Shown here piece by piece: positions 1-13,900 of a DNA stretch of 64,000 bases. Origin of the DNA: Pecten maximus (Eukaryota). The translations under genes were made by a program, and so were the position numbers. The stretch lies in contig NC_047023.1 in the NCBI RefSeq assembly GCF_902652985.1, forward strand, positions 25,606,001-25,670,000. The letters run 5' to 3'. Each line of letters opens with the position of its first letter. The first letter of the stretch is position 1. A model generated the notes under the pieces. It was not told the origin of the DNA. It did not search any database and worked only from the letters and a program-made list of their open reading frames with translations.

Positions 1-1390
1 TTGAAGGTAACTCAGTTATTACTTTGTCAGACCCGTATGTTTGAAAGTAACTAAGTTCATCGTCGGTTGGGGAAGAAGGGATGTTACTATCAAGAAACAG
101 AAACAAATATTAGCCTCTGGGGAATTGAAATCATCATGCTTATCATATAACTTAGTTGTAAGTTGTCACTGCTCGTTCTAGTGTGAGCTTGAGGTAAGCG
201 ACTGATTTTGAAGAATCTTAAGTGTCATTTGATTTCAATGTTTTATGGTATATCCCATTGGCATAGTCAATGTTTTAATGAAAAAAACACATCTTCAGTA
301 TATTAGTACGTAGCGTCTTTACAAGGTCTCGGTTACCTGCTGTGATAAGTTTATATGTATATATAATCAGCTTCATATGGAAATAAAACGTTGTCCAAGA
401 ACGGGCACAATTCATTACCATGGACAGGGGCACAATCCAAACTACTAGAACTACAAAACAATGCTGCATTTGAAACAAAATTAATCAACCTATCGTTATA
501 GTTGTTTCTGAACTTTATACATTTTACTTCCTATTCAGAACGTATACAACAATGCGTATTCATGTATGGGTCAGAAATACTCTATGTTATTTCGTAAATC
601 ATTATCTAGATATTGAGAACAAAAATTGTATATAACATCTTATAAGTTTAGGCTGTGAGTGCATGTATGATATCTTTCGTGCGAGAATTCACATATTGTC
701 CTTGGGAATAACCCCCGTGGCTATGGTAGTCCAACTTGGTAATAAATGAAAGGTAGATAAAGTAGTACTAAACTAGCGCTATTTTTAGCGCTGCTAACTT
801 TGATCTAGGTATATATTACGGCAAACTATGACATTTATATAATTGATATATCTAGAAAATAATGTATAATAATAGCAGAAAATACCAACACTAAAACCAA
901 ACCGTTACTCAAAATCGAAAAACCAAAAAAACAAAAAACAAAAAAAACGATGAAATATAGATTTGTATTAAGACCTTTGGAAATGTACAAAGAGAATACT
1001 AATAACTATTCCGTGAATATATGTTCTCTGTTTCATCGACGGAATCGACATGTAAATCTAGATTACATCTTACTTCGTATCTGGCAAGAAAATAGCCTAT
1101 TTCAAAATGACATCATAATGTTGATTTAAAAAACATCGTCTTTAACAACGCCTTTAAGGAAAATCTCAATCAGCACTATCATTCTAATTAGTGTAATGGA
1201 CGTATCACCAGTTCAAAACCATAATTAGGGCAAAATCGAATATATATTGTTATTGAGGCAGAAGACACTTACCCTCTAGGAACGCATGGTCTTATTCCTT
1301 TATGCTTTTACGAGGGGGTATTTTGATTTCAATGTATCGATTTCTAGTTCGAGTTATGGCTTAGCTGCAGTATTTTATTTTCTTTATTAT

Positions 1391-1625
1391 GTCTTTATTT
1401 TTGTTGGTATTTTAGTTTCCTGGTATAGAATTTGAGTTAGAATTATAGTTTAGCTATAATGTCTATATTTTTGTTGGTGTTTTAGTTTCCTGGTATAGAA
1501 TTTGAGTTCGAATTATAGTTTAGCTATAATGTCTATATTTGTGTTGGTATTTTAATTTCGTTGTATCGAGTTAGAATTTAAGGTTAGCTATTACGTCAAT
1601 ATTTTCTGATATTTCAGTTTAGCTC
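1391..1625. repeat. 70-bp tandem repeat, ~3 copies
   Basis: gtct(t/a)tatttttgttggt...tagctataat units start at 1391, 1461, 1531. Confidence 0.8.
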
Positions 1626-1760
1626 TGAATACTTTCAGTTCTTTCATTTCAATACATGCGAACGAATTCAATGTAGGACATTATTTTTGTCCTTTATAAG
1701 ACGTCAGTACTTTCTTTTAATTTACAAATGAATACACATATATAAATATGTGCATTGCAG

Positions 1761-1981
1761 GGGAGACACAATGGAACCAAATGGCCAGAGATACGTTGAA
1801 AGAGGCCCTACAGGCAAAAAACAACATGAATGTAGCCAAGAATGTAATATTATTTATCGGTGACGGGATGGGAGTCTCCACTGTCACCGCAGCTAGGATA
1901 TACAAGGGCCAAAGAATGGGGAACCTAGGCGAGGAAACGGTCCTCTCGTTCGAAAAGTTTCCACATGTTGCTCTTTCTAAG
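1761..1981 (+). CDS. ALP-1 exon 2 (ETQWNQ...GDGMG...VALSK)
   Basis: ttgcag| acceptor, AAG|gtaatg donor; 221 nt. Confidence 0.93.
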
Positions 1982-4900
1982 GTAATGTATACTTATGTGT
2001 GTGCATGGTATTAAACATTATATCTGTACATAATGTATGTACATTATCTCTGTACATTATATCTGTACATTATATCTGTACATTATATCTATACATTATA
2101 TCTGTACATTATATCTGTACATTGTATCTGTACATTATATCTGTACATAATGTATGTACATTATATCTGTACATTATATCTGTACATTATATCTGTACAT
2201 TATATCTGTACATAATGTATGTACCTTATATCTGTACATTATATCTGTACATTATATCTGTACATTATATCTGTACATTATATCTGTACATAATGTATGT
2301 ACATTATATCTGTACATTATATCTGTACATTATATCTGTACATTATATATGTACATAATGTATGTACATTATATATGTACATTATATCTGTACATTATAT
2401 CTGTACATAATGTATGTACATTATATCTGTACATTATATCTGTACATTATATCTGTACATTATATCTGTACATAATGTATGTACATTATATCTGTACATT
2501 ATATCTGTACATTATATCTATATCTGTACATTATATCTGTACATTATATCTGTACATTATATTTGTACATTGTATCTGTACATTATATCAGTACATTATA
2601 TCTGTACATTACATTTGTATATCTGTAAATTATATCTGTACATTGTATCTGTACATTGTATCTGTACATTATATCTGTACATTATATCTGTACATTGTAT
2701 CTGTACATTATATCTGTACATTATCTCGGTACATTATATCTGTACATTATATCTGTACATTATATCTGTACATAATGTATGTACATTATATCTGTACATT
2801 ATATCTGTACATAATGTATGTACATTATATCTGTACATTATATCTGTACATTATATCTGTACATAATGTATGTACATTATATCTGTACATTATATCTATA
2901 CATTATATCTGTACATAATGTATGTACATTATATCTGTACATAATGTATGTACATTTTATCTGTACATTATATCTGTACATTATATCTGTACATTATATC
3001 TGTACATTATATATGTACATTATATCTGTACATTATATCTGTACATTATATCTGTACATTGCATCTGTACATTATATCTGTACATGATATCTGTACATTA
3101 TATATGTACATTATATCTGTACATTATACCTGTACATGATATCTATACATTATATCTGTACATTAAATGTATACATTATATCTTTACATTATATCTGTAC
3201 ATTATATCTGTACATTATATCTGTACATTATATCTGTACATTACATTTGTATATCTGTACATTATATCTGTACATTATATCTATACATTATATCTGTACA
3301 TTATATCTGTACATTGTATCTGTACATTATATCTGTACATTATATCAGTACATTATATCTGTACATTACATTTGTATATCTGTACATTATATCTGTACAT
3401 TGTATCTGTACATTGTATCTGTACATTGTATCTGTACATTATATCTGTACATTTTTCTGTACATTGCATCTGTACATTATATCTGTACATGATATCTGTA
3501 CATTATATCTGTACATTATACCTGTACATTATATCTATACATTATATCTGTACATTATATCTGTACATTATATTTGTACATTGTATCTGTACATTGTATC
3601 TGTACATTATATCTGTACATTGTATCTGTACATTATATTTGTACATTATCTTTGTACATTATGTCTGTACATTATATCTGTAAATTATATCTGTACATTA
3701 TCTTTGTACATTATATCTGTTCATTGTATCTGTACATTATATCTGTACATTATCTCTGTACATTATATCTGTACATTATATCTGTACATTATATCTGTAC
3801 ATTATATCTATACATTATATCTGTACATTATATCTGTACATTATATCTGTACATTACATTTGTACATTATATCTGTACATTATATCTATACATTGTATCT
3901 ATACATTATATCTGTACATTATATATGTACATTATATATGTACATTATATATGTACATTATATTTGTACATTGTATCTGTACATTGTATCTGTACATTAT
4001 ATCTGTACATTGTATCTGTACATTATCTTTGTACATTATATCTGTACATTATATCTGTACATTATCTTTGTACATTATATCTGTTCATTGTATCTGTACA
4101 TTATATCTGTACATTATCTCTGTACATTATATCTGTACATTATATCTGTACATTATATCTGTACATTATATCTATACATTATATCTGTACATTATATCTG
4201 TACATTACATTTGTACATTATATCTGTACATTATATCTATACATTGTATCTATACATTATATCTGTACATTATATCTATACATTATATCTGTACATTATA
4301 TCTGTACATTATATCTGTACATTACATTTGTACATTATATCTGTACATTATATCTATACATTGTATCTATACATTATATCTGTACATTATATCTGTACAT
4401 TATATATGTACATTATATCTGTACATTATATCTGTACATTATATCTGTACATTATATCTATACATTATATATGTATATTATATCTGTACATTATACCTGT
4501 ATATTATGTCTGTAAATTGTATCTGTACATTACGTCTGTATATTGCATTATGTAAATCTGTATTTTGCGTCTGTACATTGCGTCTGTGCAGGGCCCGCGG
4601 TGGCCGAGTGGTTAAGGTGTCCCGACACTTATCATTAGTCCTCCACCTCTGGGTTGCGTGTTCGAAACCCACGTGGGGCAGTTGCCTGGTACTGTCTGCA
4701 GGCCGGTGGTTTTTCTCCGGGTTCTCCGGCTTTCCTCCACCTCCAAAACCTGGCACGTCCTTAAATGACCCTGGCTGTTAATGGGACGTTAAACAAAATA
4801 AACCAAATCCAGTATCTGTACATTATATCTGTACATCACATTTGTAATTAAATTTTTCACCGTATATGTACATTTTGTCTGTACATTATATCTATGCATA

Positions 4901-7900
4901 ATTTCTGTTCATTATACCGGTACATTACGTAAGTATATTTCATCTGTTGATTATATCTGTAAATGTCCCCTGTATTTGATATATGTTTCATTTTTTCTGT
5001 ACATTGTTTAAGGATTGTACCTCATTTTGACTGCGTATACGATGGTATGTCTGTAGTTGGCAACGGGCATTTCCTATAGTTAGTGCGTTAGCGTTCCATA
5101 GGATATATTGGTTGCCAACTGCGGGCATACTACTGTATACGCAGTATAGAGTTACATTCCTGATATTTACATTAAATAAATCGATTAAATACAGTACGAA
5201 GGAAACAAATTCAGGGCTTGTTGCGACGTTTATAAAGTTTTACTGTAGCTCTGAGTGCTTGGATAATATAGCTCCAGTGAACCAACGTAAAGACACCACT
5301 ATTGTTAACAAAATTAAAAGAAACAACTCAACATTTTTGTTTAATACCCTTTACGTTTTTAATTTATTGACATATTCACAATCCGTAATTTCCGTCTCAG
5401 ATTAACTATGGTTGCTAAGCGTATTGGCACAGATTTAGTAGTCACGTGGTCAAATGTTCTCTTGGAATTGTACGCTTCACCCATTACTTCGTGGAAAAGT
5501 TAAAAGAAAAACAAAAAAACATTCCCGCAATTTTATGTTTAGTTTTTGACAAAATACTCACATTACGTTAGCTTTTTGAGCAGAGATGATTGAGTAACAG
5601 GAGAAAACGCTAAAACTGCGTTGATCAGTCCTTTCCAAATGGCGCCGTCTACTTGACGTTCAGATAACGTCACAAATAGACGACGTCGTGATTATGTTAC
5701 TAATTCCCGTGCTAATTAATACGCTGGCCTTTTTTTCACTGAGTATACGCTTATTTGTTCGCAGTCAGAGTTTACGAAGCTGAAGTAGGGAGAGATGTAA
5801 ATATATCTGTATATTACATTTGTACGAACAGCTTATACCATCATGGAGAATGAGTCTTTATTGCATTTTTGTCAGTTGAATATAGAAATTCATCAGACTA
5901 ATAAAACTTATGTTTTCGCTGCATTGATGAGCAGTAATAATATAAGATTTTGCAGTGAAAATGTAAGTTTTTTGTTTTTGAGCATTCAGACGAACCCTTG
6001 TATTCACCTCTTTGAAACTTGCCGATTTTTTTCAATCGAAGCAAAGATAGATAGATTGGTTATTTTGCCGATTTCTGTAATATTCAGACTAGTCTTTGAC
6101 AAAATACTCACTTAATGTTAGCTATTCATGCAGATTCTCCGATAACAGCAAAAAACGCTTAAATTGCGTTGATAAGTCCTTTCAGAATGGCGCCGTCAAG
6201 TTGACGTGGAGTAACGTCACAAAGAGATGACGTCATGAATTCCCGCACTTATTGACACCAATAAAAAAATGAATGTTTTGCCGTTTAATATGACATATTT
6301 CACTCGTATGACAGAACATTTCGATATTTTTCACTCGTGAATTATAGGTTATATTAAACGGGAACCCCATACATTAAATATCCTCTATGAACACAATGGT
6401 ATGGTTCGGAAGAATCCAAAATTGTAATTCCATTTAAATGGAACTCATTCATACAGGTATGTTTACCCATTGTGCCTGATTTCATATATAGTTTCATCTT
6501 AACGCATGCAATGATTTTAGATTTACTCTGTTGACCGACAAACACCGGATTCGGCAGCAACAGCCACTGCCCTGATGTGTGGGGTAAAGACTAACAATGG
6601 AGTGCTGGGGGTCAAGGAGACAGTTCAAAAGGAAAACTGTGGGGCGACAGCCGGTCAGGAAGTGAAGTCGATATTAAAGCATTTCATAGCTGCAGGTAAG
6701 AAATGGTGTCAAGAACAAATGAAAGAGAATACCTCTAAAATAATATAGTGAAAATGTTAACGTGTGAAATACCAGGTATCCGATAAATGTATGTTGGGGA
6801 TTTCTACATGTGCACTTAGTTTTCCTGTAGACGCCATTCAAAAGGATTATTTTCAACAATTTATATCGATGATGTCTAACGTGTTTGCTTTTTCCAGTAA
6901 CCTCGTTTCCACAATGTATTTATATTATTAAATATAATTTTATATATTTCCCATCATCAATGATCTGCTTGTCTATATCTCGATCAGATGAAAGTTCAGT
7001 TTTATAACGACAGGACGCAGTACTGGGATAGTGACTACATCTAGAGTGACTCACGCCACACCTGCCGCTGCCTACGCCCACAGTGCCTCGCGGGACTGGG
7101 AAGGGGACGCTCTTATGACGTCAGTCACAGGAGGGTGTAAGGATATAGCTTACCAACTGGTGTACGACAATAATGACATACAGGTAGGTTTGATATGACA
7201 ATGACGTCATACAAGTGTAATTGTTATTACATAGACGTCATAAGTTAGGTTTGATATATTGTAAAAATGACGTCATACAAGAAGGTTTGATATAACAGTG
7301 ACGTCATTCAGGTAGGTTTGAAATAAAAGTGACGTCATACTGGTAGGTAAATTTATTCAAATTCAAATTCTTTATTGACTGTAGGCCATAAGGCCCACAA
7401 GTACATATTATAAACAAAACAATACATGATCATGGCATAGAACAGCAATGCTACAGTGCAAATACAAAGCGGAGTACGGATTAAAGATATAAATATATTA
7501 CAGCTGACGCCACAAGCTAGGTTATATATGACATCATTGTGACAAGGCAGTTTGACATTACAGTGACGTCACAAGGTAGGTTTGTTATAACAGTGACGTC
7601 ATACAGGTAGGTCTGATATAACAGTGACGTCATACAGGCAGATTTATTATTACAGTTGACGCCACAAGCTAGGTAAGATATGACATCAGTGTGACAAGGT
7701 AGTTTGATATGACATCATTTTGACAAGGAAGTTTGCTATTACAGTGACGTCACAAGGTAAGTTTGTTATAACAGTGACATACAGGCAGGTTTATTATTAC
7801 AGCTGACGCCATAAGCTAGGTTAGATATGACATCGTTTTGACAAGGTACAGTAGTTTGATATTACAATGACGTCATACAGGTAGGTTTGATTGAACAGTG

Positions 7901-10900
7901 ACGTCATACAGGTAGGTTTGATTGAACAGTGACGTAATACAGGCAGATTTATACTTACAGTTGACGCCACAAGCTAGGTAAGATATGACATCAGTTTGAC
8001 AAGGTAGTTTGATATGACATCATTTTGACAAGGTACAGTAGTTTGATATTACAGTGACGTCACAAGGTAGGTTAGATATGACAGTGACGTCATACGAGTA
8101 CAGGGCCAGGAGTCGTTACTGAAGCAGAAGGCATTAATCCTGCCATACTAATTTACAACACGAATGACAATGAGAAACAGTTTCCACGGATGCACTCTTT
8201 ATCCTGCATAATGAAGTAAATTGTTTGTGATGCTCGTTGAAATGCTTGATGGTTCCGTGGTCATTTTTGGGAACGTGACATTTGCTGAATTCGACTTAAG
8301 ATTACACAAGGGGTGCCGTCAGTTAAGAAGACGATTACCCTTGCGAAATAACTGGTCTTATTAGTTTTTCTCGGGTTTCCATGTAAATCTGTATTACAAA
8401 TGTAATCTTTTCCCCTGTTTTAGGTTAACCACATACATGTTTATCTGATTTCTAACAACCAAGACGCAAATGTAGATCTTGTTTACAAAAATAACAAAAA
8501 ATGCCTCTAATTTGTTTCCTTTTTCCTTTTTTTTTATCATAGACAAATTTCCAATGAATTAGCAAAACACGATAAAATCATTAGACAATACCTATAAAGT
8601 GGAACTTTTGCTGGGATGCATTATAGTTAAAAGGTTTAGTTAGTATGGATAAATTTCAAAAACTATCTTGCAACACATTTCCCAGTTCCATTCTTGTTTG
8701 CAGTGGAATGTATATCTATGTCTTTGCAACACTACTATCTAATAGTTATGATACTGTACAATTGTTACATTTCACCGGGCTAATGTTTTGGTGTTATTTC
8801 GGTCGGAATTAATCAGAGAGCATTTAATTTCGCGCAACCATACCTTGTAGAAATTCTGCAGTGAAGACTTCAATGCATTTATTTGTACTTAATATATATA
8901 AATATTAGATAAATATCTTTTTTAGCGCTGTATTGAATAACAGAGAATAAAGCGAAGCTTAATCCCCGCGAATATTACCAAAGACACAGTAGTATTTCCA
9001 TATATGTCTCTGAATATAGAAACATGTGTTACGATGTCAGAGCGTAATACCTAATGCCATTTGATAGTTTAAATAAAGACAACCAGTACAATGTGTACTT
9101 TGATAGCCTAAGGCTGTTTACTTTGATAGGTTGTGCTGGGCGGAGGTAGAGGTCCATTTCTGCCGAGTAGTAAAGTCGACCCAGAAACACAGAAAGTAGG
9201 ATGGACCCACAGGAGGGACGGTCACGATCTGATAGAGGTCAGTAAACTTGTCACTCCGGAAGTACTCTGTATTTTAACGCTCTTCGCTCTGAAAACTAAC
9301 CGCTAAATTATTAATGCTTTAATTACAGTTTCGTTATATGTTACTGTGGCCGCGCAAATTCATCACTGCGCTTTTTTGTTTCAATTCATGTTTTCACCAA
9401 ACTTTGGATGAGCCAAACTAAATACGTTAATACTATTGCATTCATTTTTGAACACTAGGAGCCAAGGTTGTTTGCGTATCAGGAAACATAGACAATTGAC
9501 ATTATAACTTTCCATTGTCAATTGACAAGATAACTTCCTAGGGACCAACCAACCAATTGTTTTCCCATAGACTTTAGTGTTAACGTTTTGGAGTATTTCA
9601 TTAAAATTCCTGAATTCAATATGACAATTATGGTTTATAACAAAAGTTTAGTGTCTGATATAACACCTAATAATAATAATAAAAAAAAGTTTGGTCCTTC
9701 AGCTCAAATTTTCTCCAGGGTAGCCATTTTGAAAATCGGCGAATTTCGCAGTGAAAATTCTCAAAAATCTTAAATGTTTACCTGTTAATTATTATAACCT
9801 GAACTTTTGGGAAAAAATCAATCGGAATTACGAAATTAATATCAACATTTTTTATTGATAGTTGCCTATCAGACTACATATCTATTTTCTCGTTTCATAT
9901 CATACTGGCCAATCAGTGGCTGCCAGATATTTTATCCTTGACTCAACTTTCTATACACAGTGGCTGTTTCAAAAATATATTTTTTTCAATTGGTTGGTTG
10001 TTACCTATATTGTTGAATGATTTTATAACTTTCTATTGTCGATTTTCATTATAACTTTCTATTGTCAATTGACATTTTAACTTTCTATTGTCAATTGACA
10101 TTTTAACTTTCGATCGTCAATTGACATTTTAACTTTCTATCGCCCATTCACATTTTAACTTTCTACATTCAATTGACATTTTAACTTTCTATCGTATTGA
10201 AGGAGTCAAAAAGGGGAGCTAAGAATCCCAGACGACTTTACCTGTTATAGTTGGTGTATGATAATGAAACATTTCAAAGCATATTTTTAATATTAATTCC
10301 AAAAATCAATATTTCGGAAAAAGAATCCTCTTTGAGAAGTTCCTTCGGTAGTAAGATGTTCCATTTTACCATTAGTAGGTTATGTTATGGAAGTATGGAT
10401 GTTCTAAAAGTGACTAATTAGCCTGTACATCTATCAGCCATTAAACATCGGTTTGATCATCCTTCTGTTAGGTACAATGTACTACAAACTTCTTGGTACA
10501 ATGTACTACAAACTCCTAGATACATTGTACTACAAACTCCTGGGTACAATGTACTACAAACTCCTAGATACAATGTACTACAAACTCCTGGGTACAATGT
10601 ACTACAAACTCCTAGATGCAATGTACTACAAACTTCTTGATACAATGTACTACAAACTTCTTGGTACAATGTTTTACAAACTCCTAGGTACATTGTACTA
10701 CAAACTCCTAGATGCAATGTACTACAAACTTCTTGGTACAATGTACTACAAACTTCTTGGTACAATGTACTACAAACTTTCTACATTCAATGGTACAATG
10801 TACTACAAACTTTCTACATTCAATAGACATTTTAACTTTCTATCGTCAATTGACATTTTAACTTTCTACATTCAATTGACATTTTAACTTTCTACATTCA

Positions 10901-13900
10901 ATTGACATTTTAACTTTCTACATTCAATTGACATTTTAACTTTCTACATTCAATTGACATTTTAACTTTCTACATTCAGTTGACATTTTAACTTTCTACA
11001 TTCAGTTGACATTTTAACTTTCTACATTCAATTGACATTTTAACTTTCTACATTCAATTGACATTTTAACTTTCTACATTCAGTTGACATTTTAACTTTG
11101 TACATTCAATTAGCATTTTAACTTTCTATTGTAAATTAGCATTATCACCTTCTATTGTTGAGTTCCATAACATCTTTCTATTGTCAATTATTGTTCTTCA
11201 TAGACATTAATTTTTTTTTTCTGTTTGTGAAAAATGATACACAATTGCTTTAGCCCCGGTGGGATGTATTATTGTAAAAATATTCATTCATGGTCGCCGG
11301 GGAATGAAAGTCTAGAACTTCTACTTTATTAAAGGAGTCAAAAAGGGGAGCTATTAATCTCAGATAACTTTACCTGTAATAGCTGTTGTATGCTAATTAA
11401 ACATGTCAAAGCATATTTTTAATATTAATGCCAAAAATCAATATTTCGGAAGAAGAATCCTCTATGAGAAGTTCCTTCAGTATTAAGGAGTTCCATTTGA
11501 CCATTAGTAGGTTATATCATGTGGACCTTTAATTGGACTATTGCTACTTCTTTAGAGTACAGTATGTTATGGAAGTGAAGATGATCTAAACGTGACTAAT
11601 TAGCCTGTACATATATCAGCAATTAAAACCCAGTGTGGTCATCCTTCTACTGATCTGCGACAAAGTCTGTCGGATGATGATATGGCTCTGTATTGATTTT
11701 TAGTTTTAATAAAAACAAAATTGTTAAAGAGAGCATAAACTAGCCTCAGTTCTTTTTAAACTTTGTAATTCTTAGCAAAACCTTGTCATTTATTCTTCAA
11801 GCCTGATTATTTGTCCCAAATGATTTGTTTTTTACTTCAGAGTCCGCCATTTGTCCTTTGAGCCTGATCACTTGTTCCAAATATTTTCTCATTTGTCCCT
11901 AAAATCCGCCATTTGTTGCCGAAGGACGTTCATTTGTTCCTAAATCTCTGTCAGTTCTTGACCTTGTCATATGATCCTGAAGCCTCTAGTTTTAGTTCCA
12001 ACATGATGCTATCTCAAGCTTACCTGATTAATAAACAAACTCCTAGATACAATGTACTACAAACTCCTAGATACAATGTACTACAAACTCCTAGATACAA
12101 TGTACTACAAACTCCTAGATACAATGAACTACAAACTCCTAGATACAATGTACTACAAACTCCTAGATACAATGTACTACAAACTCCTAGATACAATGTA
12201 CTACAAACTCTAAGGTACAATGTACTACAAACTCCTAGGTACAATGTACTACAAACGTCTTGGTACAATGTACTACAAACTCCTAGGTACAATGTACTAC
12301 AAACTCCTAGGTACAATGTACTACAAACTCTAAGGTACAATGTACTACAAACTCCTAGGTACAATGTTCTACAAACTCCTAGATGCAATGAACTACAAAC
12401 TCCTAGGTACAATGTACTACAAACTCCTAGGTACAATGTACTACAAACTCTTAGGTACAATGTACTACAAACTCTGTAGGTACAATGAACTACTCTGATA
12501 CTTAGAATAGGCAAATGCAAATTGGAAAAGAACCATTACCCTAAGATTAAAAAAATCATCTTCGTGATGTTTTTACTTTTCATTTAAATCAATGCTTTAT
12601 CCTGTTTTATTTATAAGAAAGATGCATAATTAACCATTTGTGAATATTGATTGAGATGTTTAATTAAATAATCGGTAATATTCCGTCTCTGTAAATTTCG
12701 TTTTAGATTTGGAAGCAGATACATTCTTCGAATGAACACCGTCATAGCTATGTATGGAGAAAGGACCAGTTTGACTCCGTAGATCCCGCGGAAACTGATT
12801 ATCTCCTTGGTATGTCAGTTTTATCGCGGACACGGATAACATTATAGACAAGAGGCCCGTGGGCCTTTACGGTCACCTGTGTTTTGATATATTTTGGCCC
12901 TTGTGATCTTGAATGAAGGTCAAGGTCATCCATTTCAAAAAACTTGGTAGCCCTTAATCCCAGCATGCTAGAGACCTAAAATTGGGTCTCTGGGCCTTTT
13001 GGTTATAAAGAAGAAGTTGTTTAAATATTTTAGCATATTTGACCCCTGTGACCTTGAATGAAGGTCAAGGTCATTCATTTGAACAAACTTTGAAGCACTT
13101 AATCCCAGCATGATACAAACCTACTAATATTGGATCTCTGGGCCTTTTGGTTATCAAAAAGAAGTCGTTCAATGATTTTAGCATATTTGAGCCCTGTGAC
13201 CTTGAATGAAGATCAAAGTCATCCATTCAAAAATAAATTGTAGCCCTGCATCCAAGCATGCTACATACCAAATACCAGGTCTCTGGGCCTTTTGGCAATT
13301 GAGAGGAAGTTGAAAATGTAAATTGTTTACGACGCACACCGCACGAAGCCGGACAAAAGGCGATCGCAATACGTCAACTGAGATTTTGTCTCAGGTGACC
13401 TAAAATGTTGTGTAATAATCCTGTTGAATATTTTCAATCAGTTTGAGAATAGATGAATTGTAAGAGGTAAAATATTAATGTGAACGTATCACAAGGTGTT
13501 TATTGTACATTGAGAACGTATTAATATTTTGTGAGGCCGATAAATATGTTGTAAAGAATTTACAAAAAATGACATATATATCATTTATTCAGGCCTATTT
13601 GACGCAAGTCACATACCTTACGAAAACGACAGGGATAAGTCTGCAGCAGGGGACCCGTCGCTTGCCGAGATGACTAGCAAAGCCATCAAGATACTGAAGA
13701 AAAACCAAAACGGTTATTTTCTAATGGTGGAAGGTCAGTTAACTGCTTATATTCACATTGATTTGAAAGGGAGTCGTCAATCATTGTTCTATTAAGAGTT
13801 CGGATTACGCATTAGAGTAAAGGGTAAAATAGGAATGATAGTTAGTTTTGTAGCTTGCATGGACTGATAAAGGCAAGTGGACCTCGTGCACATGATGTGA

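Noticed and set aside
150-200. GAG|GTAAGC at 193 as the donor of the missing ALP-1 signal-peptide exon
   Set aside because: The required phase-1 frame has TGA at 190-192 and no hydrophobic leader; the exon is probably upstream of the window.
4591-4680. tRNA gene (also at 51539 and 61654)
   Set aside because: A/B boxes are followed by a SINE core and tail, with a TSD at one copy; no proper cloverleaf.
1999-4781. Long overlapping ORFs (up to 462 aa) of [13 protein letters not shown]
   Set aside because: Translation of a stop-poor 13-bp satellite inside an ALP intron; open in all three frames.
10453-12520. ORFs of LLGTMYYK / LQTPRYNV repeats
   Set aside because: 24-bp intronic minisatellite open on both strands.
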